Source of the DNA: Xylanibacter ruminicola 23
GTDB lineage: Bacteria; Bacteroidota; Bacteroidia; Bacteroidales; Bacteroidaceae
Assembly: GCF_000025925.1 (NCBI RefSeq)
Contig: NC_014033.1
Coordinates: 1,230,001-1,262,000 of the forward strand
Reading direction: 5' to 3'
Length of the DNA: 32,000 bases
Position numbers and translations under genes: made by a program. Numbering within the stretch: the stretch's first letter is position 1; each line of letters starts with the position of its first letter. Shown in pieces: positions 1 to 7,106 of this stretch. The notes under the pieces were generated by a model. It saw only the letters and a program-made list of their open reading frames with translations, ran no database searches and was not told the origin of the DNA.

Positions 1-13
1 ATTGGCGATTTCT

Positions 14-1117
14 TTATATAAAACAGTTCGTACACATGATATCATCACCAAGGATCTCGGCAAGGGTTGTACCCTTGTTGTTTGCTCGGCTTTCTTTTTG
101 GCGACGGATGATGTCGAGTTTTATCTGGCGGATACGTTCTGGTTTAATGAGGTCGGCTAAACTCTCATTCTGATTCCACGTGTATCCATCTTTTTCAAAC
201 TCCATCGCTTTCTTAAAGAGGTCGGGATGTTGCTCATAGAGCCATATCCATTCTATCTTCTGCTGGAAGAAACAGAAGTAACAACCAGAACGACTGCGGC
301 AATAGGTTCCCGTTTCGCCATCTACTTCGAAAGGTATTTCCTCGTAATAGGCAGGTACTCCTACTCCACTTTCTCTCAGTAATCTGAAAATATCGTCCTT
401 TACCAATATGTCGGTATTATCAAGCAGGGGGAACTCATCCAGTTTCCCCACTGGGTAATCAGTTGTCTTAAGAAACTCGAACACCGCATGATTAAACAAC
501 TTAACGTCGTAATCAAGTAATGCATTCATTTTCTTAGAATAAAAGAACTGCTTGGTAATCGGTTTCTTTACCGTATCCATAATCTCTTCCTTGAGGAACC
601 CTTCTGGACAAAGACGCTCGTATATTTCCGTTATCTGTTCCAGGTTCTCATTGTGCAAGAACTTGTTGATGACGTCAATGCTCCATATATTTTTACGGAA
701 TGGGAATACAGCTTGGATATTGGGCTTAGAAGAGATATAACCATCACGATCCTCATCGCCTCGAATACCAACATACGAAACTGCATAATCGTCACCAACG
801 TATTCCTCGAACTTATCGAGTTTCATCTTTTTGGTACACCAACGAGCCTGGGGAGAAGGTAAGAAACCACCCATAGCTTTTAAGAAATGGTGGAATGGTG
901 TTGGCTCAGGACTACCCTCGGCAGCTCTCAGTCTTTCAATCTTACCCAAATAGGCCTCCAGGCGATTAATCAGCGTTTCGGTTTCAGCCAACTCACAACC
1001 GGTATCTGAATTATAGTACTCAATCTTTAATGATGGGTACGTCTTTTTCAGATAGATGGCGAGAGCAGCACTATCCTTACCACCTGAAATTCCTAATATA
1101 TGTCTTACTTTTGTCAT
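14..1117 (-). CDS. sspD: PAPS reductase-family PP-loop ATP pyrophosphatase, DndC/SspD-like (DNA phosphorothioation)
   Basis: 367-aa ORF with ATG at 1117. N-terminal PP-loop GISGGKDS. C-terminal Cys cluster CRSRSGCYFC plus terminal CTNC. ATGA start/stop overlap with the upstream ATPase gene at 1114-1117. Confidence 0.75.
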   Translation of the reverse strand: MTKVRHILGISGGKDSAALAIYLKKTYPSLKIEYYNSDTGCELAETETLINRLEAYLGKIERLRAAEGSPEPTPFHHFLKAMGGFLPSPQARWCTKKMKLDKFEEYVGDDYAVSYVGIRGDEDRDGYISSKPNIQAVFPFRKNIWSIDVINKFLHNENLEQITEIYERLCPEGFLKEEIMDTVKKPITKQFFYSKKMNALLDYDVKLFNHAVFEFLKTTDYPVGKLDEFPLLDNTDILVKDDIFRLLRESGVGVPAYYEEIPFEVDGETGTYCRSRSGCYFCFFQQKIEWIWLYEQHPDLFKKAMEFEKDGYTWNQNESLADLIKPERIRQIKLDIIRRQKESRANNKGTTLAEILGDDIMCTNCFI

Positions 1118-4100
1118 TTCATTTTTTTACTTAATATCGACAGTAATGTACATACGTCGACGTTATTATCACCTGAAAGCAACTGATTGATTTTCTTCTC
1201 CAAATCAGCAGCCTTCGATTTATCTTTCTCTGGTAGAACATAGGTCTGAGTACGAACACTACTACCTTTGCTAGTTACCATATCGAATGAATATGCCTCA
1301 TTCTGTTCTTTATCGCCAACCTTCTTTGATATATCGGAATATTTCTCGCATTCGCGTAATAGATATACCAAATCATCAGCTAATTTATCTTCTTGTTCAT
1401 CACGCAATGCATCAAGTCGCTGTTCGAGAATGGTATAGCAGATTGACTGGTACCACTCAGTGCGATTATCATACTCTGTCATTACATGGTGATAGAACTC
1501 ACGTTGCTTACCTGTCAACAGATAGTCTTTAACATTGGCCAGTCGCTCACGTACTTCAACTATATATTCAGAATATTCATAACTCTGTAAGCCAAAACCT
1601 TCCACAAGTCTCGCTTCAATACGATCTATTAACTGAGTGTAGCATGTACGCAGTTCCTTTATGGCTCGCTGAATGATTCTTCCATACTCGTTAATAAACT
1701 CTTCTTGTTTCAATATTTCCTGAGTAAAGCCTAATGCATCAGGCAGATCTTCAAAGAAAGCCTTTTCTGGATCCTTAGCATTTGCAAGTACATCACGGAA
1801 TCTCATTGTTGACTCATGATCGAATTTACGAGTATGTTTGGTATATTCGTTCAAACGAACATAGAAACTCAAGAACGGCTTGATTGTCTCAATAAAATTC
1901 GAATTTGTAATAGCATGCTCGTCACCAAGATTAATGAATCGGCGATATTGGTTGAAGAAGCCCATCTTCATACCATCTACAGCAAACTTCTTAACTGCAA
2001 AATCACCAGGATGCTTCTGCAACAAATCAAAGAACTCCATGTTGACATTTGGCATGAAAGCACCATTTGACACATTGTACAAAGCAAAATCCTGACGCTT
2101 AATATATAGGTAGGTTGGAATCCAGAATTCAAGGAATCCTTGCTTTAGCTTATAAGGCTGAGCTGATAGTATCTTTATTAATTCAGAGATTTTTCGCGCT
2201 TTATTCTCTGAACTATTTAAGAACTCCTCACAGGCATTCCATAAAGGCATAAAACCTTTGTTGGTAGGCATATCAGCAAAATCGCCATCCAGATGCAATC
2301 CTGTATTCTGCAGTAACGATGCATAGATAGTCTTTTCTGGTGGGAACTTGTCGTTAGCAAATCCCAGCCCCACTTCAGAGTTGTGATCTATCAAATGGGT
2401 GAGATAACTCTTTCTAGCAGATGATATAGTACCACTAAGCTTATGCTTATTGAACAGTTCATTAATCATCACGGGTGTCTGGCTATATACCTTGTCGCAG
2501 ACTCTTGACAGCAACTTATTGAAATCACGATGCGAAGCTACTTTTTGCACCTTTCCATCAAACACCCAAACAACCCGATCCTGATACGAGAATAGATTAT
2601 CACTAATTGCTTTATTCAGAAGATTCTCTTCATGCTCCTTTTGCTTTTGAATTTCAGTAAAGGCCACCCTATCACTTTTATCAATTACTCGTTCCAAAAG
2701 GTACAGATATTTCTTGATATTATAAAGATGTTCTATGATAGCCTCTGTATTAGTAAAGTAGGCAAAAATCAACGCATGATCATTTTCTGAACTGAACTCT
2801 TTGATTTGGGCCAATACCTTTTTGTTGGTCGAGAAAATCAACTCTATATAACCATCAGTATCGCCAGTAGGCACAACATCTAAGGGTTCTTCGCGAATCA
2901 AATAATCAAAGAATCGTGGTGTTCCCTTCTGATAGAAATGGGCTTTTACTGGAGATATTCTTCGATTAAAGAACACGCTTAATTCATCAACAATAGAATC
3001 AGGTCGTGCAACCTTCATTCCTGCTTCAATAATTTCTGCTTCGAGGTCAATATCAGTACCCTCAAACAAAACGAAACGCTCCTTATATGCAGCATATCGA
3101 ATGATTTTCTTTGCTGACAACTTCTGAATAATCTCTTTGGCATTATCCATTGCCATCGCCTCACGAGCATAATCAGTCAGGTTTCTTTCAGTAAGCTTGA
3201 AGCCTGCTGTACCGAACAAGTTAAGTAAACCTATTGCCTTAACCAGCTTTGTAGCATTAAGCATCTCGTTTTTATCGCTCCAGTCTTGGCCCTCAACTCG
3301 CTCTATCGAAACCTTGATAGCCCCCCAACTCATAGAGTCGGCATTTGCATCTTTCAGATACGAATAGAAGTTGTACAGAATGTAGTCGTAAACATTCTGA
3401 AGATTATATGTAAGATGGTCATCGGCTTCAAACTCCGAGATTGAATTACTTCCTTTTGCTGCAAGGAATGTAAAAAGCGATCGTTCATTTTGTCCATATC
3501 GACGGATAGCCGACGTAATTGTATAAGCAGAGAACAAATCTAATGGGTACAACTGCATAGCCGTATCCACCGAAAAATCCTGTGAGACAAAACGTGTAGA
3601 TTTTGCTAACTCTGCAAGCTTTAATATATTATCGGTAGCCTTATGACTCTGCTGCTCTTGTAACTGTATCGATGCCAAATGAAGCAGCTGTTCGATCGGT
3701 TCTACAAAGGTTATCTCCTTAAAACGACCTTTCACCTTTGTCCATTCATTAGTTTGCTCTTTCGTCAAACCTTTAGCATAAGCACCAAAATTCTGGTGTA
3801 AGGTTGTTAAAAGCATTATCTGACGAGTAGGAACATTTATCAATTCCGACAACTTCTGCAAGAAATACAGCTCTTTTTCAGGATTGTTCTTTGCAGCATG
3901 CTCTAAAACTTTGCCAAATTCATCAATAACAATCAGTAAGAACTTTCCCTTTTTCTGGCATTGATTATAGTAATCCTTCAAACTATCAAGGATACTGTCG
4001 GTGTTACCTTCGATATTCAGAGCTCGGCTCAAAAGTGTCGACATTTCGGCATAATCGCCAACAATATTCATTATTTCAAACGCCTTTGCGTCTGAAAGAT

Positions 4101-4338
4101 TCTTGGAATCCAAAAGATATCTCTTCTTGCTTGTTTTCTTTAAATCGGCTTCAAGTGCCAACAAGAAACTCGACTTTCCAGTACCATACGAACCAATGAT
4201 AGTAAAAGAATGAATGCCAGAATGGAAATCGTTCACAATGTTGTGAATCGCATTCTTAGCATTAGGCGTTACCAGGTATTGCATACCCTCAGCAAAGCCG
4301 TTTTCTATATTTGCGGATAAACTAAATGTCCGTGCCAT
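1114..4338 (-). CDS. sspC: large P-loop NTPase, SspC-like ATPase of the phosphorothioation module
   Basis: 1074-aa ORF with ATG at 4338. Walker A IIGSYGTGKSS and Walker B LLIVIDEFG lie in the first ~150 aa. Overlaps both neighbours (17 nt and 4 nt), implying translational coupling. The remaining ~850 aa carry no motif I can name. Confidence 0.6.
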   Translation of the reverse strand: MARTFSLSANIENGFAEGMQYLVTPNAKNAIHNIVNDFHSGIHSFTIIGSYGTGKSSFLLALEADLKKTSKKRYLLDSKNLSDAKAFEIMNIVGDYAEMSTLLSRALNIEGNTDSILDSLKDYYNQCQKKGKFLLIVIDEFGKVLEHAAKNNPEKELYFLQKLSELINVPTRQIMLLTTLHQNFGAYAKGLTKEQTNEWTKVKGRFKEITFVEPIEQLLHLASIQLQEQQSHKATDNILKLAELAKSTRFVSQDFSVDTAMQLYPLDLFSAYTITSAIRRYGQNERSLFTFLAAKGSNSISEFEADDHLTYNLQNVYDYILYNFYSYLKDANADSMSWGAIKVSIERVEGQDWSDKNEMLNATKLVKAIGLLNLFGTAGFKLTERNLTDYAREAMAMDNAKEIIQKLSAKKIIRYAAYKERFVLFEGTDIDLEAEIIEAGMKVARPDSIVDELSVFFNRRISPVKAHFYQKGTPRFFDYLIREEPLDVVPTGDTDGYIELIFSTNKKVLAQIKEFSSENDHALIFAYFTNTEAIIEHLYNIKKYLYLLERVIDKSDRVAFTEIQKQKEHEENLLNKAISDNLFSYQDRVVWVFDGKVQKVASHRDFNKLLSRVCDKVYSQTPVMINELFNKHKLSGTISSARKSYLTHLIDHNSEVGLGFANDKFPPEKTIYASLLQNTGLHLDGDFADMPTNKGFMPLWNACEEFLNSSENKARKISELIKILSAQPYKLKQGFLEFWIPTYLYIKRQDFALYNVSNGAFMPNVNMEFFDLLQKHPGDFAVKKFAVDGMKMGFFNQYRRFINLGDEHAITNSNFIETIKPFLSFYVRLNEYTKHTRKFDHESTMRFRDVLANAKDPEKAFFEDLPDALGFTQEILKQEEFINEYGRIIQRAIKELRTCYTQLIDRIEARLVEGFGLQSYEYSEYIVEVRERLANVKDYLLTGKQREFYHHVMTEYDNRTEWYQSICYTILEQRLDALRDEQEDKLADDLVYLLRECEKYSDISKKVGDKEQNEAYSFDMVTSKGSSVRTQTYVLPEKDKSKAADLEKKINQLLSGDNNVDVCTLLSILSKKMK

Positions 4339-5206
4339 AATAATTATCTAATACATGTTTAACATCCAACTCTTTAATGAATTGAACTTGTTTGATACCA
4401 GCTACATCGCTATAAGCGAAATACTGATTATACTCGTTTGCCAAAAGCTTCAGCATCTCAATCGTTTCATAGTCCTGCATACAGAACACAAGTCCTACTC
4501 TCTCTTGAATCGTATCAAATGAGATGGTATTATCACCTTCTTGCTCCTTCAACATCAACAGGCCATAAAGGAATATCTCTTTGGTAACCTTACGTTTACC
4601 ATCTACATTGAAGTAATAACCTTTACCTTCTGAATTTTGGCGAATTAAATCAAGATCTATCAACAATGATGAGAAGTCTTCGTTTGATTGTGGCTTACGG
4701 GGTAAGCAATAGTTCTGAAGCAAAACACCTACATCCTTTTTAACTGTATTCTCATTATACAATGTAGCTTTCCCTGCTTCAGCCATTTTCAACTTCACAT
4801 AGGTCAAAACCTGTTCACGTTCAAAGCTTGTACGTTCTCGCTGTACACCACAGAAGAACATTTTATATAATGTTGCTTCCTCAGAAAATACCAAATTAAA
4901 ATGGAGTAACCACAAGGTTGCAATATCTTCTAGATACTTATCCTTACCACTTATTTCATCGAAGAGGTAGTCACCAAGCCAGGTTATCTTATCGCTCGCA
5001 GTAACACCAAAAGCCTTTAGCCAGAATCGAATAGAAGCAACCATATTCTTACCAACTCCCAATCCGATAACAGCCTCTGGACTATTAAAGTCGTTACCTG
5101 ACACGACAAAATCATACCCTTTCTTTAGCCAAAGCGACTTACAAGGGAATGACTCGTGACCAGAAAACGCGTATTTCACGCCTTTTGCCTTATTACTTGC
5201 ATTCAT
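4322..5206 (-). CDS. sspB: DUF4007-like protein, SspB-like (putative nickase of Ssp system)
   Basis: 294-aa ORF with ATG at 5206. N-terminal FSGHESFPCKSLWLKKGYDF resembles the DUF4007 signature as I remember it. First gene of the overlapping three-gene operon. Confidence 0.6.
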   Translation of the reverse strand: MNASNKAKGVKYAFSGHESFPCKSLWLKKGYDFVVSGNDFNSPEAVIGLGVGKNMVASIRFWLKAFGVTASDKITWLGDYLFDEISGKDKYLEDIATLWLLHFNLVFSEEATLYKMFFCGVQRERTSFEREQVLTYVKLKMAEAGKATLYNENTVKKDVGVLLQNYCLPRKPQSNEDFSSLLIDLDLIRQNSEGKGYYFNVDGKRKVTKEIFLYGLLMLKEQEGDNTISFDTIQERVGLVFCMQDYETIEMLKLLANEYNQYFAYSDVAGIKQVQFIKELDVKHVLDNYYGTDI

Positions 5207-5524
5207 TGTCTTTAGTTCATAAATTATAGGGGAAATAAAAAAAGCGCACCCTCATCCCTTGTATATTTACATCCGAGCCGTCGGCAAACAGGCCCTAACA
5301 CGATACACAAGGAAAGGGTACGCCTATACAGGCGTATCCCAATCCCAAGAGGTCGTGTTTCTAAACTAGTTTTGCCGACTATTTGGATGTAAACCTCATC
5401 AGAATTTTGAATACTCAATTTCTGTCCCGCAATGTCCTGCAAAGTGGTCCACACTCACATTAGAGATAGGTTTCTGCCATCACAGAGCACAGAGCTCAAT
5501 CTAGCAGTTTCCACAATGCAGGGA
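5207..5524 (-). ncRNA. long structured 5' leader of the ssp-like operon, or an independent ncRNA
   Basis: No credible ORF lies between the minus-strand -7 box (5525-5532) and the sspB-like ATG (5206). Nested complementary arms are 5266-5274/5385-5393, 5280-5288/5371-5379, 5297-5303/5353-5359 and 5316-5324/5331-5340, giving a 128-nt four-tier hairpin. Confidence 0.3.
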
Positions 5525-5532
5525 CAAAGGTA
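5525..5532 (-). promoter_or_regulatory. Bacteroidota -7 box (TACCTTTG on minus strand) for the ssp-like operon
   Basis: Plus-strand caaaggta equals the TAnnTTTG consensus on the minus strand. It is the only such box between the 368-aa gene and the sspB-like gene in this orientation. Confidence 0.45.
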
Positions 5533-5593
5533 CAAATAAAAAGTGAAATCTGCGCAGTTTTACGAGGATTTTCTTGAAAAAATAGCAAAATAG

Positions 5594-5624
5594 TTTGGAT
5601 TATCAGAAAAAGTTCCTAGCTTTG
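5594..5624 (+). promoter_or_regulatory. Bacteroidota promoter (-33 TTTG, -7 TAGCTTTG) for the 45-aa ORF
   Basis: TTTG at 5594-5597 and TAGCTTTG at 5617-5624 with 19-nt spacing. The ATG lies 29 nt downstream. Confidence 0.55.
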
Positions 5625-5652
5625 CAGAGTGAAAGGAATAATTCGATTGACA

Positions 5653-5790
5653 ATGGAAATTAAGAAGATAACGTACGAAGAGGCATTAGCACGCTTTAAG
5701 CGTTCGCTTGAAATCAGGCGTAACGCTGAACGACGTATGGCTGATGAATGGGAAAAGATGGGTTTAAAAGGTACTGCCGAGTCCCTATGA
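5653..5790 (+). CDS. small charged helical protein, 45 aa (MEIKKITYEEALARFKRSLEIRRNAERRMADEWEKMGLKGTAESL), unknown function
   Basis: ATG-to-TGA ORF below the ORF-track size cut-off, found by reading the sequence. It has a canonical promoter just upstream. It is convergent with the 368-aa gene, leaving 10 nt between the two stop codons. Confidence 0.45.
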   Translation: MEIKKITYEEALARFKRSLEIRRNAERRMADEWEKMGLKGTAESL

Positions 5791-5800
5791 TTTTTTCTGC

Positions 5801-6907
5801 TCACATAGGGTATAATTCCCTTATGGTTTCGGCAGCTGTAGCTTCGTTATATTGGTATATATCCATTAACAACAGTTTGGCACATTCGCGCCAGGCAAAT
5901 TTTCTTACTCCCATACGTGCAGCAATCTCGCGCGCAACCTTAACAAGTTCCTTAAATGGATCAAAATCTTTATCATTTTCGTCTAAGCCATGCAGATAAC
6001 GTAAAATAGACGCGTGGGATTCACGGCCGAGTTTAGTCCAAAAATCGGAATCGTAAATAGTAGCGATGCCCATCTGCATAAAAATCTTGCTAAAGGTCAT
6101 ACTTAGTTTCAAACCTCTAGTCTGGAAACTTGTATCTACACCCAGCGACTCCAACTTATCAATCTTATCATAAAAAGCCTTGGCTACATCTTTTATATCG
6201 CCACAATTATTTAAACGGTGTTCGGTAACCTCAAGCGGTTCAAAACGGGTAAGATCACCAAGCGAGCGAACATGTTCGGTGCGGGCTGCTTGTGCCTTAG
6301 ATAGCTGAGCATCTGTAAGGATGGTACGAACCTCGAAGACATTCTCTTTTCCCGACCGACGAATACCATGACCAGTACAATCGGTTGTGATACGGACCGT
6401 GATGCGTTCTACACCATTTTCATCGGGCTCCATCGGACTAACAGTGAACGATCTTGTTGAAGTAATAAATTTCATCAAGAGTTCGTTCTTATCGCCACTC
6501 ACCCCCATACGCTCGGCATAACGCTGAAAAAAATGAGGGGTAAAAATGAGAACACAATTCATGTCGCCACCATGAATCAGTTCGTTAAAACCTACCATGA
6601 AAACACCAATAGAGCTGGCTGTTTCGAAATAACAAAAACAATTAGGCATGCAATTAGAAGCCAAGCTATCAGGATAGTAAAAGGCATTTTCGAAGCATAT
6701 CCAACGATTGCCTTCTGACGAAGTGTAATAGACTGGCTTAGAGAGCATTGGACGCTGAGAATAAGCACACTTACGCAGCAAATCGTCGCGCATGGCTTCA
6801 TAACGTTTTTCGCCACCGAACTGTTTAATCATCCAGTATTTAGCTTTTTCGTATTCTTTGGCCAAGGTGGCCCACATAACGTCTGATGGAGTATTTAAAT
6901 TTATCAT
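5801..6907 (-). CDS. hypothetical protein, 368 aa, no recognisable domain
   Basis: Long ORF with ATG at 6907, 28 nt downstream of a -7 box. No motif I can assign. Confidence 0.7.
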   Translation of the reverse strand: MINLNTPSDVMWATLAKEYEKAKYWMIKQFGGEKRYEAMRDDLLRKCAYSQRPMLSKPVYYTSSEGNRWICFENAFYYPDSLASNCMPNCFCYFETASSIGVFMVGFNELIHGGDMNCVLIFTPHFFQRYAERMGVSGDKNELLMKFITSTRSFTVSPMEPDENGVERITVRITTDCTGHGIRRSGKENVFEVRTILTDAQLSKAQAARTEHVRSLGDLTRFEPLEVTEHRLNNCGDIKDVAKAFYDKIDKLESLGVDTSFQTRGLKLSMTFSKIFMQMGIATIYDSDFWTKLGRESHASILRYLHGLDENDKDFDPFKELVKVAREIAARMGVRKFAWRECAKLLLMDIYQYNEATAAETIRELYPM

Positions 6908-6934
6908 TTCATTTATTCAGTTTGTTAAGCGGGG

Positions 6935-6942
6935 CAAAAGTA
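6935..6942 (-). promoter_or_regulatory. -7 box (TACTTTTG on minus strand) for the 368-aa gene
   Basis: Plus-strand caaaagta lies 28 nt upstream of the ATG at 6907. Confidence 0.55.
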
Positions 6943-6957
6943 CAAAAAAGTTTTGTA

Positions 6958-6990
6958 AAAAATACAAGAATGGGGCTAAAAAAATGCAAT
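6958..6990 (-). promoter_or_regulatory. operator-like direct repeat pair AAAAAT(A/G)CAA(G/T) x2, 22-nt spacing
   Basis: aaaaatacaag at 6958-6968 and aaaaatgcaat at 6980-6990. The same arrangement recurs upstream of the AlbA_2 gene at 8591-8622. Confidence 0.35.
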
Positions 6991-7080
6991 ATACATCAAA
7001 AAAGTCCCAAAATATTTGGAACTTATTGAAAATGTTCTTGCTTTTTAGCAAGCGGCAGAGCCGATTGCTTATCTTTGCTA

Positions 7081-7106
7081 CAAAAAAGACACCTTCATGG
7101 TGTCTT
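7081..7106 (-). terminator. Rho-independent terminator of the AlbA_2 gene
   Basis: Stem aagacacc (7086-7093) / ggtgtctt (7099-7106) with a 5-nt loop. The plus-strand A-run at 7082-7087 gives a U-run on the minus strand. The stem overlaps the stop codon. Confidence 0.65.

Noticed and set aside
14-4338. A type 4 BREX reading (BrxP PAPS reductase plus BrxC ATPase).
   Set aside because: No PglZ or BrxL-like gene is in the window, and the first gene looks like DUF4007, which fits Ssp better. The sequence left of the window is unseen, so this cannot be fully excluded.
5367-5374. A plus-strand TAGTTTTG box inside the leader hairpin.
   Set aside because: It has no suitably spaced -33 TTTG and no downstream ORF before the better promoter at 5594-5624. 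Several such 8-mers are expected by chance in 32 kb.
5266-5393. An invertible-promoter (phase-variation) reading of the inverted repeats upstream of the ssp-like operon.
   Set aside because: The ~80 bp between the inner arms contains no TAnnTTTG box in either orientation. The arms are interrupted and nested like an RNA stem rather than forming two clean recombinase sites. No invertase gene is nearby.
5224-5454. A 76-aa minus-strand ORF in the gap upstream of the sspB-like gene.
   Set aside because: The product is Arg/Leu/Cys-rich and looks random. The ORF coincides with the nested inverted repeats, which explain the sequence better as RNA or DNA structure.
5207-5530. The possibility that the structured region is tmRNA, RNase P RNA, SRP RNA or 6S RNA.
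   Set aside because: I could not find the hallmark elements: a tRNA-like GGTTCGA T-arm with 3' CCA, the GGAAAGTCCGG P4 region, or the SRP GGAA/AGCA tetraloop context. It remains an unclassified structure.
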